The position numbers and the translations under genes were made by a program. Shown piece by piece: positions 20,070 to 32,646 of a DNA stretch of 64,000 nucleotides. How positions within the stretch are numbered: position 1 is the stretch's first letter; each line of letters starts with the position of its first letter. Location: positions 2,604,001 through 2,668,000 of the forward strand of contig JANHCV010000002.1 in assembly GCA_025594325.1 (NCBI GenBank), written 5' to 3'. Source of the DNA: Blastocladiella emersonii ATCC 22665 (taxonomy: Eukaryota; Fungi; Blastocladiomycota). The notes beneath the pieces were generated by a model. That model made no database searches. It was given only the letters and a program-made list of their open reading frames with translations, and was not told the DNA's origin.

Positions 20070-22400
20070 GTGAGTGGCGCGACGCGTCTTTGGCTGCTGC
20101 TGCAGACGCGCACCGATCTCCTCGCGTACAGCTCCGAGTACCCTGCTTTCTATATTCCAAATCATGGTAACGGCACGCAATCGACAAACGCCGCCCCGCG
20201 CCCAAAGCTCCCACCGCAACCAGCGTGCACCGCGCTGCGACCATGAGATTGCACAGAGGGCCGCACTCGCGCGGGCGACGCGGTCTTTTCACGGCGCCCG
20301 GGCGAGTGCGGCCCACACAGCGCGGTGCAGGAAGGTGGGTGAGACTTGAGCTGCAGGGGCGGGAGTCGATTGACTGATTCGCAAGGTTTCTGGCCATGTG
20401 TCGCTCGAGAGGACGAAGTAGAGTATGGGGTAGATGTTGAGTCGAGTCTTGGGACGGATGGCGTGTCATTCGGAACGCTTGTAGCCTCGAAGCGCGTTTC
20501 CATCACGCGGGGAACACAGCATGAGAATATTGACAAGCAGGACGGGCGAGTACACTCGCTGCGAGAGCCTATCGGGCTTCCCGTCGCGTCCTGCAAAAAG
20601 TCTCATCCTTGACCGCATGAGGCAAGCCGACCGGAATCTAGCCGCGGAACGTATGAATCATCTACGTCTTCTGTCGCTCGTACAGTTGAAGAGGAGAATT
20701 GCGTACGCCGGCGCCGGCACGGGTTACAAGGAAGAAATCGGCTGATCGGCTCGCGGCACGCAGAACTCGTCGTGCTCACCAGACGAATCCCAATCATTTC
20801 CACTTTCCGTGCAGAGTCGAGGCAGATTCAGCGCTCTCTGTGAGGTAGAGGCGGCCGTCAGCGACCAGGCGACGGCGCCATGACATCGCGAGCGGCCCGT
20901 ACTCAACGCGTTCAATCGCGCCGCCCACAACTCGTTCATGTCGGTGACAAACATCCGTTGCATCAAGTTATGCTTCGCTGTGTCTAGTTTGCTTCCATTC
21001 GCTTCGTGGCAGTCGGTGAAGAGGATGCGAGCGGCGCCTCACGCCGATGTGACCGACGCGACCAAGATGACTCGACACCCATCATCTGGTTGTGCTGCGA
21101 CCCGTTGCCGCTACCACCACCGCCGACGTTGAGCTGCTGTATCGAGCACATGGGTGGCAAGGGCGGTGCCGGACCGCGCAGGAGCGGCGGGTACCCGGGG
21201 TCGTCGTTGCCGCTAGCGGGCGAGTGCGAGCGCTGGTTGCCGTAATACCCGCCGCGGCTGCTGCTGCCACCGCTGTCGCGGCGATCGCCGCCCCGCGAGT
21301 CGTAACGACTGCGGTTGCCGCTATCGTTGCGCGAGTCGTACCGGTCGCCAAGCCCGCCGCGGTCATCGTAGCCACCGCGACCATCACTGTCGCCGTAGCG
21401 GTGAGTGGCGTGACGCGTCTTCAGGCAGCCGCAGAGCACGGTCGCGGATCCCTTCGAGCTCTCAACATGTCCACGATTGAGCAAATTGCTTGCTATTTTA
21501 CAAACTAACGCACAGCGCTACGATGGGCCTGCCGCTGTGCAGCCGAAGCTCCCACCACAACCGTCCTGAATCGTGCTGCGACAACGAGTGTACAGAAGGC
21601 CGCGCACGCGCGGGCGACGTGGACCTTTCACGGCGCCCGAGCGAGTGCGGCCTACACAGCGTGATGCAGGAGGGCGGGTGAGACTTGAGCTGCAGGGGCA
21701 GGAGTTGATTGACTGAGTTGCAAGGAATTGGGTTTCTTGCGCGAGATTGTAACGCGAACGCGTGTTGGGCAAGAGAGCCAGCGCGTAACGGAAGATACGG
21801 TGCGTGGAACAACAAGTTCTCGATGCCAAGCCTCCGAAGCGCGCGTGGAACTCAGATTGGGTAACTCGACGCGGCCAGATCGATGAGTCGCGAAGTCCAG
21901 TTCAAGTGATCGGCTGCACGTCGCGTACTGCAGAGGTCAGACTTCGAGTGCGTGCAAAGCTGTCTTGGTGTCTTAATCTTGGCGCGGGTCGATGAGATTC
22001 TACCCGATGAACGTATGGGTCATCCGCGTCACTGGTCGCGCGATCGCCGTTGCGTCCGGCTGATTGGTCTACGGCGTCGCGCCGCGCGCTTCGTGCTCGC
22101 GATGATCGTCCATTTCAATCAATGCATCAGGGCAGCTCCGAGAAAAGCTCAGCTCCGCCTGCGAGACAGAGACGGCCGTCAGCGACAAGGCGTCAGGGCG
22201 CGCGACGGCATGGAGAGCGTCGCGTACCTGGGATTATGACTTGCGCCGCTCAGTACTCGCTTAAGTCGGCGACATAAAGCTATTGCAACAAGTTGTGCGT
22301 TGCGGTCTAGACTGTGCTTCCATTCGCTTCATGGTGGTCGGTGAAGGGACTGCGAGCGGTGCCTCACGCGGTGATGAACCTCGCGTCCACCGCGCTGACC
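20070..22400. repeat. Diverged ~1.33-kb tandem duplication, apparently non-coding
   Basis: Colinear anchors at offsets 1321-1339: gtgagtggcgYgacgcgtctt (20070/21401), gagacttgagctgcagggg (20341/21680), ggccgtcagcgac (~20853/~22174), gcttccattcgcttc (20991/22316). Confidence 0.75.
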
Positions 22401-22437
22401 CAACGTGGTGCCAAAAACGAGTGTGTATGCTATACCG

Positions 22438-25400
22438 TCAATCGTCCAGCTTCCCCCTACTCCCAAGCGACTTGCGCACGCCCTCGGCGATATTGAGCGC
22501 GGACCCGCGTAGGTTCGAGATCGACTTGCCCGCGCCGCGCGACAGGTTAGACCACCCGAGGTTGATGATATCCATGGCGCCCGTGCGGCGCTGCCCTGGG
22601 TCGCCGTCGAGCACCGACTCGTCGTCCTCCTCCTCGTGGATATCGCTGCCGGACATGACGCTCGAGCTGGTCGCGCTGGGCGGCGCCGCCATGCCGCTGC
22701 GCGCGTGCGGCATCACCGACCGGCTGCTGAACATGCCGAGGTTCGTGAGCAGCTCGGACCCGCGGCGGCCGAGGCCCGACGGCGGACCGCCACTGCCGTT
22801 GCCGTTGCTGCTTCCCGTCCCGCCGTTGCTCCCCGACCCGCCGCCGGGCCCGCGGCGGCCAATGGTCCCGAACCGCCCGCCGCCGCCTGAGTTGAACGAC
22901 GACGACTGGTTGGCGGCGTTGAGCCGCGCGCGTTCCTTGCGTCGCTGGGCCTGCTGGCGGCGCCGTTCGGCGGCGGCGGCCGCGGCAGCCGCGGCTTCGG
23001 CGGCAGCGCGCTCTTTCGCCTCGGCCTCGGCCTGCTTGCGCGCGTCCATGGCCTTGCGCTCGGCGATGGCCTTGTGGAAGATCTCGGCGACGGCCGGGTA
23101 GTTGACGAGGATCTCGATGAACGAGTCCTTGTTGAGCACGCACAGCTCGACGGTCGTCTTGGTGCGCACCGACGCGTTGCGGCGCGTGTCCTACGTACGC
23201 GGTCGAGAGAGTCAGTCGCGCGAACCGGCGGGACCACGACGGGAGCGTACCTCGAACAGGGCGATTTCGCCAAAATACGCGTTCTGGCCGAGCGACACGA
23301 TGACGCGGCTGAGATCCCCCGTAAGGACCTCGACCTCGCCGGACCGGATAAAGTACATTTCCTGCCCGTCGTCGCCCTGGCGGCAGATGAAGAACTCAGC
23401 GGGTACCACGATCGTCTTCATGGCGCGGGTCAGGCTGGCCTTGAACATGGCGTCGGTGCCGCGGAACAGGGGCACCTGCTCGACGAGGTCCATGTACAGG
23501 TGGTTGCACACGTCCTGGCGCAGCGACTTGGGCAGGTTCTCGAACAGCTTGTCCTCGTCCATGCCCTGGCCCTTCATCCACAGGAACTCCTCGTGCTGCA
23601 GGATCTTCTGCTGCAGCCCGACGGGGAACTCGCGCGCCCGCAGGAAGTCGCGAAGGTACGTCATCTTGAACCGGTACTTTTCCGCCGCCTTGTCGAGCGC
23701 CGCGCGCGTGTCGAGCGCCCGGATGAAGTTGGACAGCACGCCTACGCGGGTACGTGGTGAGTGTCCGCGTGACGAAGGCAGGGCGGAGCGCGTCGTACCG
23801 AAGATGGACCCGTAGATGACGGAACCGAGAATGATCTCCATGGTCGTGTACAGCCGCTCGGCGTTGGTGTTGATATCTCGGAACACGTACACGATCGATT
23901 GCAGCGCGCTGAGGCTACACGTCGACAAACTCGAGTCAGTCACGCATCACCCGCCGATCCAGCACAAGCGAGACACGTACTAGGAGATGTAGTACTGGGT
24001 GATGAACACGACCTCGTTGGTATTGTTGCGGACGCCGATGGTGTCGATCCACGCGGTCCCGACGGGCTCCCACGTGTTGAGGACGAAGAAGAGGCACGCG
24101 TCGATATGTCCCGCCGTCAAGAACACGATGAAGTTCTTGATGAGCCGCATGTACGTGACGTTGCCGAGCCAGGCGACGTTCCAGTCGGAGAAGACGCCGA
24201 GGAGGTGCGGCAGGCGGAGCCAGCGGGTCAGGCGGAGCAGCGCCCACGCGTACAGGTAGTCCGGGATCACGGTGCGGTCGTAGAAGAAGGCGTACGTGTC
24301 GGTGCCCGGGAAGTACATGCGCTCGCAGCGCAGCGGGCGCGACCGGAGCAGCGGCAGGACGAGGCACAGGAGGTCAATGGGCACGGATCCGGCGACGGTC
24401 CAGTACCCGTGCATGCGCTTGAGGTAGTGGTTTTTGATTTCCTTGGGGTCCTTGATCAGCACGCCGAACTCGTCCTCGAACCGGCGGTTGAAGCTGAGCC
24501 AGACGTCGAGGAGCAGGATCAGGTCGAGAATGTACCCAATGTACATGTACGCGGGCGTCATGGTAAAGTGGCAGATCCACGCGATCGAGAAGGGCACGCT
24601 GAACACGTTGTACACCTCGATGCTCAGGATCACGCGCGACCACACGGTCCAGAACGCCGTGTTCGGGTCGCGGATCTGGTGCATGTAGAAGGCCTCGATC
24701 CGCCGCCACAGACGCACCAGCAGGTACGGCGACGGCGGGAGGTCGGGCACGTGCGTGCTGGCGCTGTTGCGGCTGCTCGCCCCACGCATCGACGGCGAAC
24801 CGTCCCCGCCGCCGTGCCCCGTGCCGCCGCTCGTCACGGCCCCGCTCGACCGCGAGTGCAGGTGCGGCTGCGACAGTGAGTCGCTGCCCGCGTCCGGGAT
24901 ACTCGCGTGGCTGAGCGGCGACGACTGCCGCGGGCTCGTGCCCGTCGTGTACGGCGGGCTCGCGAGCCCGGACCGCAGGATCGTCCCCGACTGGTACGGC
25001 GGCGACCCGGCCTGCTGCCCGCCACCATACCGCAGACTCTGGCGCGACGCGACGGGGGACATACTGGCGCCCGTGGTCGACGACGTCGGGCGGGGCACCG
25101 ACCCGTGCCCGTTGTTGTAGTTGGCGTAGCCGCCGGTGCTGCTGCCGCCGATGGCGCGGTCGATCGAGTCCGAGTCGCCCGCGCTGCCCGTGCTCGCGGC
25201 CGTGTTGCGGCGGCGGTGCTGGTCGACGAGCGGCTGGCCGACCGTGGTCACGGCGGGCGCGAGGCCCGGGATCATGCCGCTGAACGAGCTCGGCCGGTTG
25301 TGCACGGCGGGGCTGCGCAGGCCGCCGTTGGTGCCGGTGGACGAGCCGACGCCGCCGTTGAGGGTGTTGGGGACGGCGCCCGTGCTGTGCGACCGGACCA

Positions 25401-26490
25401 TGGTGTCTGACGCGACGAACAGACCGCCGCCGCCACCACCACCGGAGCCGCCAGAGTTCGCGCCGGGAGGCGACGCGACGCCGGCGGCGCTCCCGCTCGG
25501 CGAGTGCTGCGCGGACACGGGTGTTGAAACAGCGCCGCCGCCGCCGCCGAGGTACGCGCCGAGTGGGTGGCGCTGCAGCGATCCGGAGCGGAACGCGGCG
25601 GGATCGTCGTTGCCCGCGTGGTCGTTGTTCTGCGTGGAGCCCGAGATGGAGCTGGTGGACGGCTGCTTGGAGGGCAGAAAGCTGATGCTCGAGCTGCCGA
25701 GGACGCCGGCGCGGTCGTCGGCGGTGATGATGGGGATGGTCATGGACGCGATGGTCGAGGTGGTCGAGACGATCGAGAGATGCGAGCCGCCGCCCGAGTT
25801 CAGGCCGAGGCCGGGCGACAGCGCGAACGGGTTGGGCGGGAGGAGCGACGGCGATACGGTGGAGGACGGCGGCGGCGCGGCGGGCGGGCCGGCGCCGGGG
25901 CGGTTGTAGTCGAGCGCGGTCGGGTCGTCGAAGGTGTCGGTGATGCACGCGTACGGGGACGGGGAGACGGGGCCCGAGAACAGCATGCTGCCGTCCGGGT
26001 TGGACGCGAACGACATGTTGAAGGAGCGGTTGGACAGCGGCGAGCGCGACCCGGGGGTGCTGGTCGGGCTGCCCTGCGACGCCGTTTCGTCGATGACGAT
26101 GGCGGCGGTGGCGCCGAGCGGGTCGCCCGAGCCCGAGGCGCTGCTCGAGTCGACGACCGACCACGTCGGCGTGCTGCCCGTGAGGTGGGAGGGGCGCCGA
26201 GACGCGCTGCCCGCCGCAGTCGATGATGAGTGCGCGGGCGGCGGCGGGACGTGCGGCGGGCTCATGGGCTGCGACGTCCACCGGCGTGAGGTCTCGGAGC
26301 CGCCGCTGTTGGCGCTGCTGCCGGGCGTCGCGGACCCGTCGGTGCGCGGCGGGCTCGTCGGGCCCGAGTCGGTCGCGGACGAGGACGTCGCATGCGGGTC
26401 GCGCGACGACGACGACGACGACGCATGGGCGGCGCTGCCGCTGGCGGTGCCGATGGGCGCCGAGGCCCGCGTGCTCCGCGGGTTGGTCAT
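22438..26490 (-). CDS. Cyclic-nucleotide-gated (CNG/KCNH-like) ion channel, ~1,289 aa
   Basis: Six-TM region with S4-like LLRLTRWLRLPH, C-linker LPKSLRQDV, CNBD VPLFRG..FICRQGDDGQEMYFIRSGEVEV..YFGEIALFE/DTRRNASV. Inferred introns 23915-23980, 23742-23798, 23191-23250. Long Ser/Gly/Pro-rich N-terminus. Confidence 0.93.
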
Positions 26491-27410
26491 GGCAAGAAGT
26501 GAATGTGCAGGGACCCGCGGGTCGCGTTACATGGCTATTGCTGGGTGCTGCGGGTTGCGGGTTGCGAAAGGGGGCGAAGGCGGATCGCTCGACGTGAGGC
26601 GCGAGGGCGCGAGACAAAACGCGTCGCTCGGAGTGCCACACGTGGGCTGCACCGCGCACGTGGTATCGCGACGCGTCGCTCCCTCGCGCGTGTCTCTCGC
26701 CTTCGCGCGTCCCACACCCGCCGCCACCGAACGCGCGCTCCTCCCCGAACCGTCGCTCGCCGACTCCATGATCCAAGCGCCATGTAACCACCGCAGTGCA
26801 ATCACGCCCGCCGCCGGCCCCGGATTCGCCCATATCGAGCAGGCGGTCGCGGCCACAACTTGCCGAAAGGCGTCTAGCTCTAGTTTGGCGCGCCCGACCG
26901 CGCCGGCCTTGGATCTCCCCGACCTGCCGTGTCGGATCGCCCCGCCTCGCCCCGTGCCGCGCACCCGCGGCCTCACTCCATCGCGGGGCCCGCGCCCGCC
27001 CGTGGGAAGCATGACGGAGAATGACGGCGGTTGCCATACTCAGCATCTTGGCGCGCGAGCGCGCAGGCGCTGCTTCCGCTTGGCGGGGACTGGGGGAGAA
27101 GGCGCCAAGTGGACCCAAGGTCGCCGTCGCTGCTGCGCCATTTCTTCAGCGGCCGCGGTCGTGGTGAGGGATTACGCGGCCGCCGCTGCCTAGGCTCCAC
27201 TCTGCCCGCCCGTCCCCCGCTGCGTCGCCGTACTTATACGCGCGGCCGCCGCTCTCGCTGTCCCCGCTCGCCTCGCACGCACGCACGCTCGCTCGACGAA
27301 TCAAGCAGTATCCCGCGCGCGCACGCACGTACACTCGCTGCGCTCGCACCTGCTCGCTGCTCGACTCGCGCGACCGACTACTCGACGACCACGGCCACGG
27401 CATCGATACC

Positions 27411-28672
27411 ATGAACGCTCCAGGTGCTCCCGGCGCTGGCGGCGCTGGCGGCGGCGGCGGCGCTCCTCCCGCCGGCCCTCCGCCCGGCGCAGGCGCTGGC
27501 GCAGGCGCGGGCGCGGGCGGTGCAGCTGCTCCTCGCCCACCCGGCGCGCCCGCCGGCCCCGCTCCAGGTCCCGGCCCCGCTGCGCCTGCCGGCGGCGGCG
27601 GTGCTGCACCAGCTCCCGGCCCACCCGCGCCCGAACCCGCTCCTCCGCAAGCCGCGCCGCCGCCGCCCGCCCCCGCGGCTGCCGGCCTCCCCGCTCCCGC
27701 CGCTGCTGCACCAGCTGCCGGCGCCGCGGCCGCGGCCGGCGCAGGTCTCGCGACCGGCCCGATCATCCCGCCGGGCGCGCCGATCCCTGGCGCGGGCGCC
27801 GTGATCCCGGCGGCGGGCTCGCTGGCCGAGGCGCCCGTCGGCAACCCGGTCGGGTTCACGGGTGGGCTGATTGGGCTCGGCGGCGTCGGCGGCACTCCGC
27901 CCGCGACCAACTTTGCCATCCCGCCCATCGGTGTCCCGCCCGCCCCGCCGATCGACATGACGGTCCGCCTGCCCACGTCGGCCGCGGCGTGTACCGCGTT
28001 CCAGGCGCCCGCGACGGCGCCGGTACGTGATTTGGGAGTGAGGTGTGGATGCAGGTGAGCTGACTCTCGCTTGGTGCCGTGCGTGCGTCTAGGGCGTCGC
28101 GTCCATGTACATTCTCGGGTGCCTGCAGCTCACGGGCGGGTGGGCGTGCACCGCCGACCAGCTCGCCGCCCCCGTCGCCGCGCCCTCGTGCATGAGTACG
28201 CTTCGTCTTCCCTCTACCGCCGCTCTCGTAGCCCTGGCCACTCACCTCGCCCACCCCTTCCCCTCCCGTAGTCGAGCGCATGTACCCGAACTGCTCGGCC
28301 GCGGGGTACCGCCCGCCGCCGACGACGCCGGGCCAGACGTCGAGCGTGGTGCTCGGTTGCCTGGGCACCTCGGCGGGGCTCGAGACGATGCGGTGCCGGC
28401 TCGACATCGAGGACGGCGCCAACCCGACGGGCGGCGGCACCGGCGCCATGGGGCCGTGCGCCGAGCCCGCGCCCGTGACGACCGAGGCCGCGACATCGAC
28501 GGCGAGCGCGCCCAAGCCGACGCAGACGGCGACCAAGGACCCCGAGTACGAGGACCCGGGCACGTCCGTGGCCAACTCCAACGACGCCGCCGGCGGCAAG
28601 CGCGTCACGCCGGCGTGGCGGTGGTGGTTGCTGCTGTACGTGGCCGCCATGGCCGTGGCCGTCGCGCACTAG
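27411..28672 (+). CDS. Pro/Gly/Ala-rich protein with small Cys-rich domain and GPI-signal-like C-terminus
   Basis: Low-complexity GAP/PPA repeats. Inferred introns 28023-28092 and 28196-28271 join frames through LGCLQLTGGWAC..PSCM/IERMYPNC. Ends NDAAGGKRVTPAWRWWLLLYVAAMAVAVAH*. Confidence 0.6.
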
Positions 28673-28863
28673 TCGGTTTCGGTCGCTGCGCGGCGAGCGA
28701 GTTCTTCTAGTTCTGTCGCTTGATGCTCCCCTTTTGCTGTCCTGCTCTCGACTCAGTTTTCCCGCCCCCTCGCTCTCTCTGATGATCGGTCCCCTCCCCT
28801 CCCTCTACCCCTCTGATATTCGCATATAAGAACGGTCTTTCTCTACTCTCCCGCAACCGCGCG

Positions 28864-29925
28864 TCAATCGTTCCGCCACGCGACGTACACGGCGTCGGTG
28901 CGATACCGCTGCGTGACGGTGGCCTGCGCCATGTCGAGCGGGGGCGCGCCGCCGCGGCGCAGACACAGGCCGGCCTGGGCGATCATGATCCCGTTGTCGA
29001 TACAGAACCGCTCGTCGGTGGCGAAACAGGTGGCGCCGCGCTGCTCGCACATGGTGTGCATCATGCCCTGCAGGCGCTCGTTGCACCCGACGCCGCCGAC
29101 GATCAGGACCTGGTCGGCGCCGACGTGGGCGAGCGCGCGCTCGGTCGTCTCGACCAGCATCGCGAACACGGTCTCCTGCAGCGAGAAGCACAGGTCTTCC
29201 TTGGTCACGACGTTGGGGCCGGTTTCGGCAGAAGCGGCCTCGACGACGGTCGACTTGGCGACCAGCTGCTCGAGGAACGACAGGATGCCCGAGAACGACA
29301 TGTCCATGCCCTTGACCGTGTACGGCAGCTCGTGGTACGTGGTCCCGCGCTTGGCGTACTGCTCGATGTTGTAACCCGGCGCCGGGTCGTTGGGCAGGTG
29401 GATGATGCGGGCGAACCGGTCGAGGCAGTTGCCGACGGCGATATCAATCGTCTCGCCAAAGATGCGGTACCGGTTGGCCGAGTAGGCGATCACCTGGGTG
29501 TTGCCGCCGCTGACGTACAGGATGACGGGGTTCAGCGCGCCCGTGATCTGCCGGCCCATCTCAATGTGCCCGATGCAGTGGTTGACGCCGTACAGCGGCT
29601 TGCCCCACAGCAGCGCGAGCGTGCGCGCGATGACCGCGACCGACTGCAGCGGTGGGCCCATCCCCGGCCCCTTGGTGTACGCGATCATGTCCAGGTCTTG
29701 CGGACGCAGCCCGGCGTCGGCCAGCGCCTGCTTGATCAGCGGCATCGCCCACGCACGGTGGTGCGCGGCCGTGTCCTTGGGCAGGAACCCGGTCCCCGGC
29801 GGCGTGATGTACGTGTGCCGCACGTTCGCCAGCACCTCTTCCACCGAACCGTCGTCCGAGTGCCGCATGATCCCGACCCCCAGCTTGTTCGCCGAGCCTT
29901 CCAGACCGAGCGCGATCACCGGCAT
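28864..29925 (-). CDS. KAE1: tRNA N6-adenosine threonylcarbamoyltransferase (KEOPS subunit Kae1/OSGEP)
   Basis: [82 protein letters not shown]. Intronless, 353 aa. Confidence 0.98.
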   Translation of the reverse strand: MPVIALGLEGSANKLGVGIMRHSDDGSVEEVLANVRHTYITPPGTGFLPKDTAAHHRAWAMPLIKQALADAGLRPQDLDMIAYTKGPGMGPPLQSVAVIARTLALLWGKPLYGVNHCIGHIEMGRQITGALNPVILYVSGGNTQVIAYSANRYRIFGETIDIAVGNCLDRFARIIHLPNDPAPGYNIEQYAKRGTTYHELPYTVKGMDMSFSGILSFLEQLVAKSTVVEAASAETGPNVVTKEDLCFSLQETVFAMLVETTERALAHVGADQVLIVGGVGCNERLQGMMHTMCEQRGATCFATDERFCIDNGIMIAQAGLCLRRGGAPPLDMAQATVTQRYRTDAVYVAWRND

Positions 29926-30128
29926 CGTTGAGGGCGTTGCGGTGGGTTAGATCCCGGGATACTTCGTGTGCTTCGTGGTGCGCGATGCGCTTGGTGAAGA
30001 GGACGAGTTGCGAATCAGCTGATGCGACCAAGGAGCGCGGCGCTCACGCCCTCTCGCTCGCTGCCGCCGCCGCCGCGTCGATCTCTTCTCTCTCTCGCTC
30101 CAGTGAGGCGGCCATATCACCGACAACC

Positions 30129-31118
30129 ATGCATCTCTCCGCCCTCCGCCCGCTCGCGGCCACGGCGCTCCTGCTCGCCGCCCTGGCGACCGTCGCCACC
30201 GCGCTGTCCGCCGACGTGACGGTCGCCGGCGCGTCCTCCCAGGCCTTCACGTAATGCCGCTTTCCTTGCGATCAATACCATCCTCGCATCTCACGCACGG
30301 ATGAGAATGTAGCGCCGCACCAGGCTCGCCGTTCGCACCGCTGCTCGCGCTGTCCGCCGACCACACGGTCACCGTCAAGCTCGCCGACCTGGCGTCGCCG
30401 TCGGCCCCCGTGCACGCCATGGCTGTCGCTTCCGCGTCGGGATCCGGTGGTGAGCGGCCGCGCGTCTACGCGGTCCCTGTCGCGCGGTCGGGCAAGTCGG
30501 TTACGCTGAACCTGGTACGCCCTCCCGCCCCCTCCCCCACCCGCAACCCCTTCTCACACCCTCACCACAGGCCGCCCTCGACGCGCCCGCGGGCACGTAC
30601 ACGCTCTCCCTCGCCTCGGCGACGTCGGCGTCTGACGCCGTCGTCCTCCCGCTGGCGACGCGCGTGGCGTGGAAGCCGCGCGACCTCGACGCCGACCACC
30701 CGCGGCGCGCGCTCGCGGGCCCGCTGCCCGTCATCCACCACCGGTTCCGCGACGACACGCATAACCCGCGCACCGTGTTGTCGGCTGTGTTTGCGTTCTT
30801 GCTCACGGTGCCGGCGCTCGCGGTGCTCAATGGCGTGGTACGTTAACGCGGACTGGTCCGAGTTGCCTTCGCTCACCTCTCCCGACTTTGTAGTGGCTCG
30901 CGACCAAGTCCCCGCTCCCGATGCGCGTCACGGCCAAGTCGGCGTCGTTCGTCGCCGTGGTCCTGCTCGGGTACCCGGCGCTCGCCTTCGCGTACTGGAC
31001 CCGCCTCAACCTCCTCGAGACGCTGCCGTGGTTCGCCGCGCTGACCGCCGTCGCCGTGCCTGTCGGTGTCGCCGCCCTGCGCGAGTCGGCCCAGTGGCAC
31101 AACAGCAAGTCAAAGTAA
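30129..31118 (+). CDS. SWP1: Oligosaccharyltransferase subunit Swp1/ribophorin II
   Basis: Signal peptide MHLSALRPLAATALLLAALA; GPLPVIHHRFR..PRTVLSAVF; three C-terminal hydrophobic helices with AYWTRLNLLETLP..GVAALR. Three short GT-AG introns. Confidence 0.85.
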
Positions 31119-31156
31119 ACATAGTGATGGAGAGAGGAGATGGTATATATCGAGTA

Positions 31157-32457
31157 CTACTGCACGGACGCCGCCGCCATGACATACAACCCGCCGTCCT
31201 CGCTTCCAAACACGTATGCGCCACTCTCCTCGGCCATGGGCGCGACCGCCGCGAACGCGACGGGCGCCAGCGTGCCCGCGGGCATCACGGCCTGCGCGCT
31301 GTCCGTCGGCACGCTCGCGATCACCGCCAAGCCCTGTTCGTGCCCCGATACCCAGCTGCGGCCCGCCGTTGCCGCCGCGGTGTCGGCGTCCGAGTCAGGG
31401 CCGGCGGCCAGGCACCGCACGGGGCCCGACGTGACGTGCTCGAGCGGGAGCACGCCCGCGAGGCGCGGCGTGCGCGGGGCGGAGATGTCGAGCGTGACGA
31501 GGTGCCCGGAAGCGAGGCCCAGGCAGAGTGACGAGCCGGAGGACGCGGTGCACAGGACCGAGTCGGTGGGCGACGCGGCTTTGAGGCTACGAAGGACGAG
31601 CTCGTCAGATCTGGATCAGACAGAGGGCAAGGGTGAGAAACGTACAGGTACACGGACTTGGGCGCGGCCCACCCGCGGCGCGTGTCGACGAAGAAGACCT
31701 GGCCGACCTCGTCGACCACGAGCTACACGATCCGTCAGACCACGCTCACCACCACGATAGAACTCCAAAAGCGACATACACACTCGACCTCGGACACCCA
31801 ATGCGCGCCAACGACCTCGAACGGGAACCCGGCGCCCTCATTCACCACGGGCCCGACCTTGCCCGAGACGAGGTCGACGACGCGCACGTCGCCGTTCCCG
31901 CCGATACTCACGAGGGCGCCGGCGCCCGGCTGCTCGGTCAGACACACGACGGGCGCGCCGGTGCGCGCGCCTCCGCGCGCGCTGCCGGCGTGCACCATTT
32001 CGACGCGCAGCGGCGTCCATGGCGCGCGCCCGTCACCCGTGTACGCCGGCCACAGGCACACGGACCCGTCGGCGTGCCCCGACGCGACCTGGACCGCCGA
32101 TCCGGGCGAGGCGAGCGCCACGAGCGATGTCATGTCGTGCGCGTGTGTGCCCGCCGCGAGCAGCGTCGCGTGTGGGAGGTGCGACGGGTCCGCCGCCGCG
32201 GCCTCCGGGTGCGCCGGCGGCAGCGGGACCGACCACAGCTCGATGCGGCTGCACGTCTACACTCTCTTCTACGCGTGAGTGATCGCGTCTCGGGGACGGA
32301 AGGGGAGGCCGCGTACCGAATCGCGTCCCGAAGCGGCCAGCGTGCCAACGACGTGCGTCGCCGGCGTCGTTGAGCCCGAGGTCGACGGCAGCAGCGCCGC
32401 GAGCGCGCTCACGGGCCACAGCGCGGCGCCGACTTGGTGAAAGTAGGCCGTCGTCAT
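31157..32457 (-). CDS. WD40-repeat protein (possibly Nup43-like)
   Basis: Spliced segments RIELWSV, VASGHADGSVCLW, LVSIGGNGDVRVVD, LCLGLASGHLVTLD, VFGSEDGGLYV. Exon boundaries only partly resolved. Confidence 0.6.
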
Positions 32458-32646
32458 GTCGGTCGTGTCGTTTGCAGGGGTTCGTTGCACCGAGTCGAGG
32501 CCGGCGCAACGGATCGGTCGGGTGTGCTTGGGAAGCACGAGTCGCGACGGGTCGCCGCGGTGGGATGAAGCACATGGTGACGAGCAGCATCGCATCGTTC
32601 CCGCTCTCTCACGACAATCACCATGCATCAATCCCCACGGCACCCC

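Noticed and set aside
20984-21484. RGG/RD-rich minus-strand ORF as an intact RNA-binding protein gene
   Set aside because: No RRM or other domain, poor codon bias at both ends, and it lies inside the decayed duplication.
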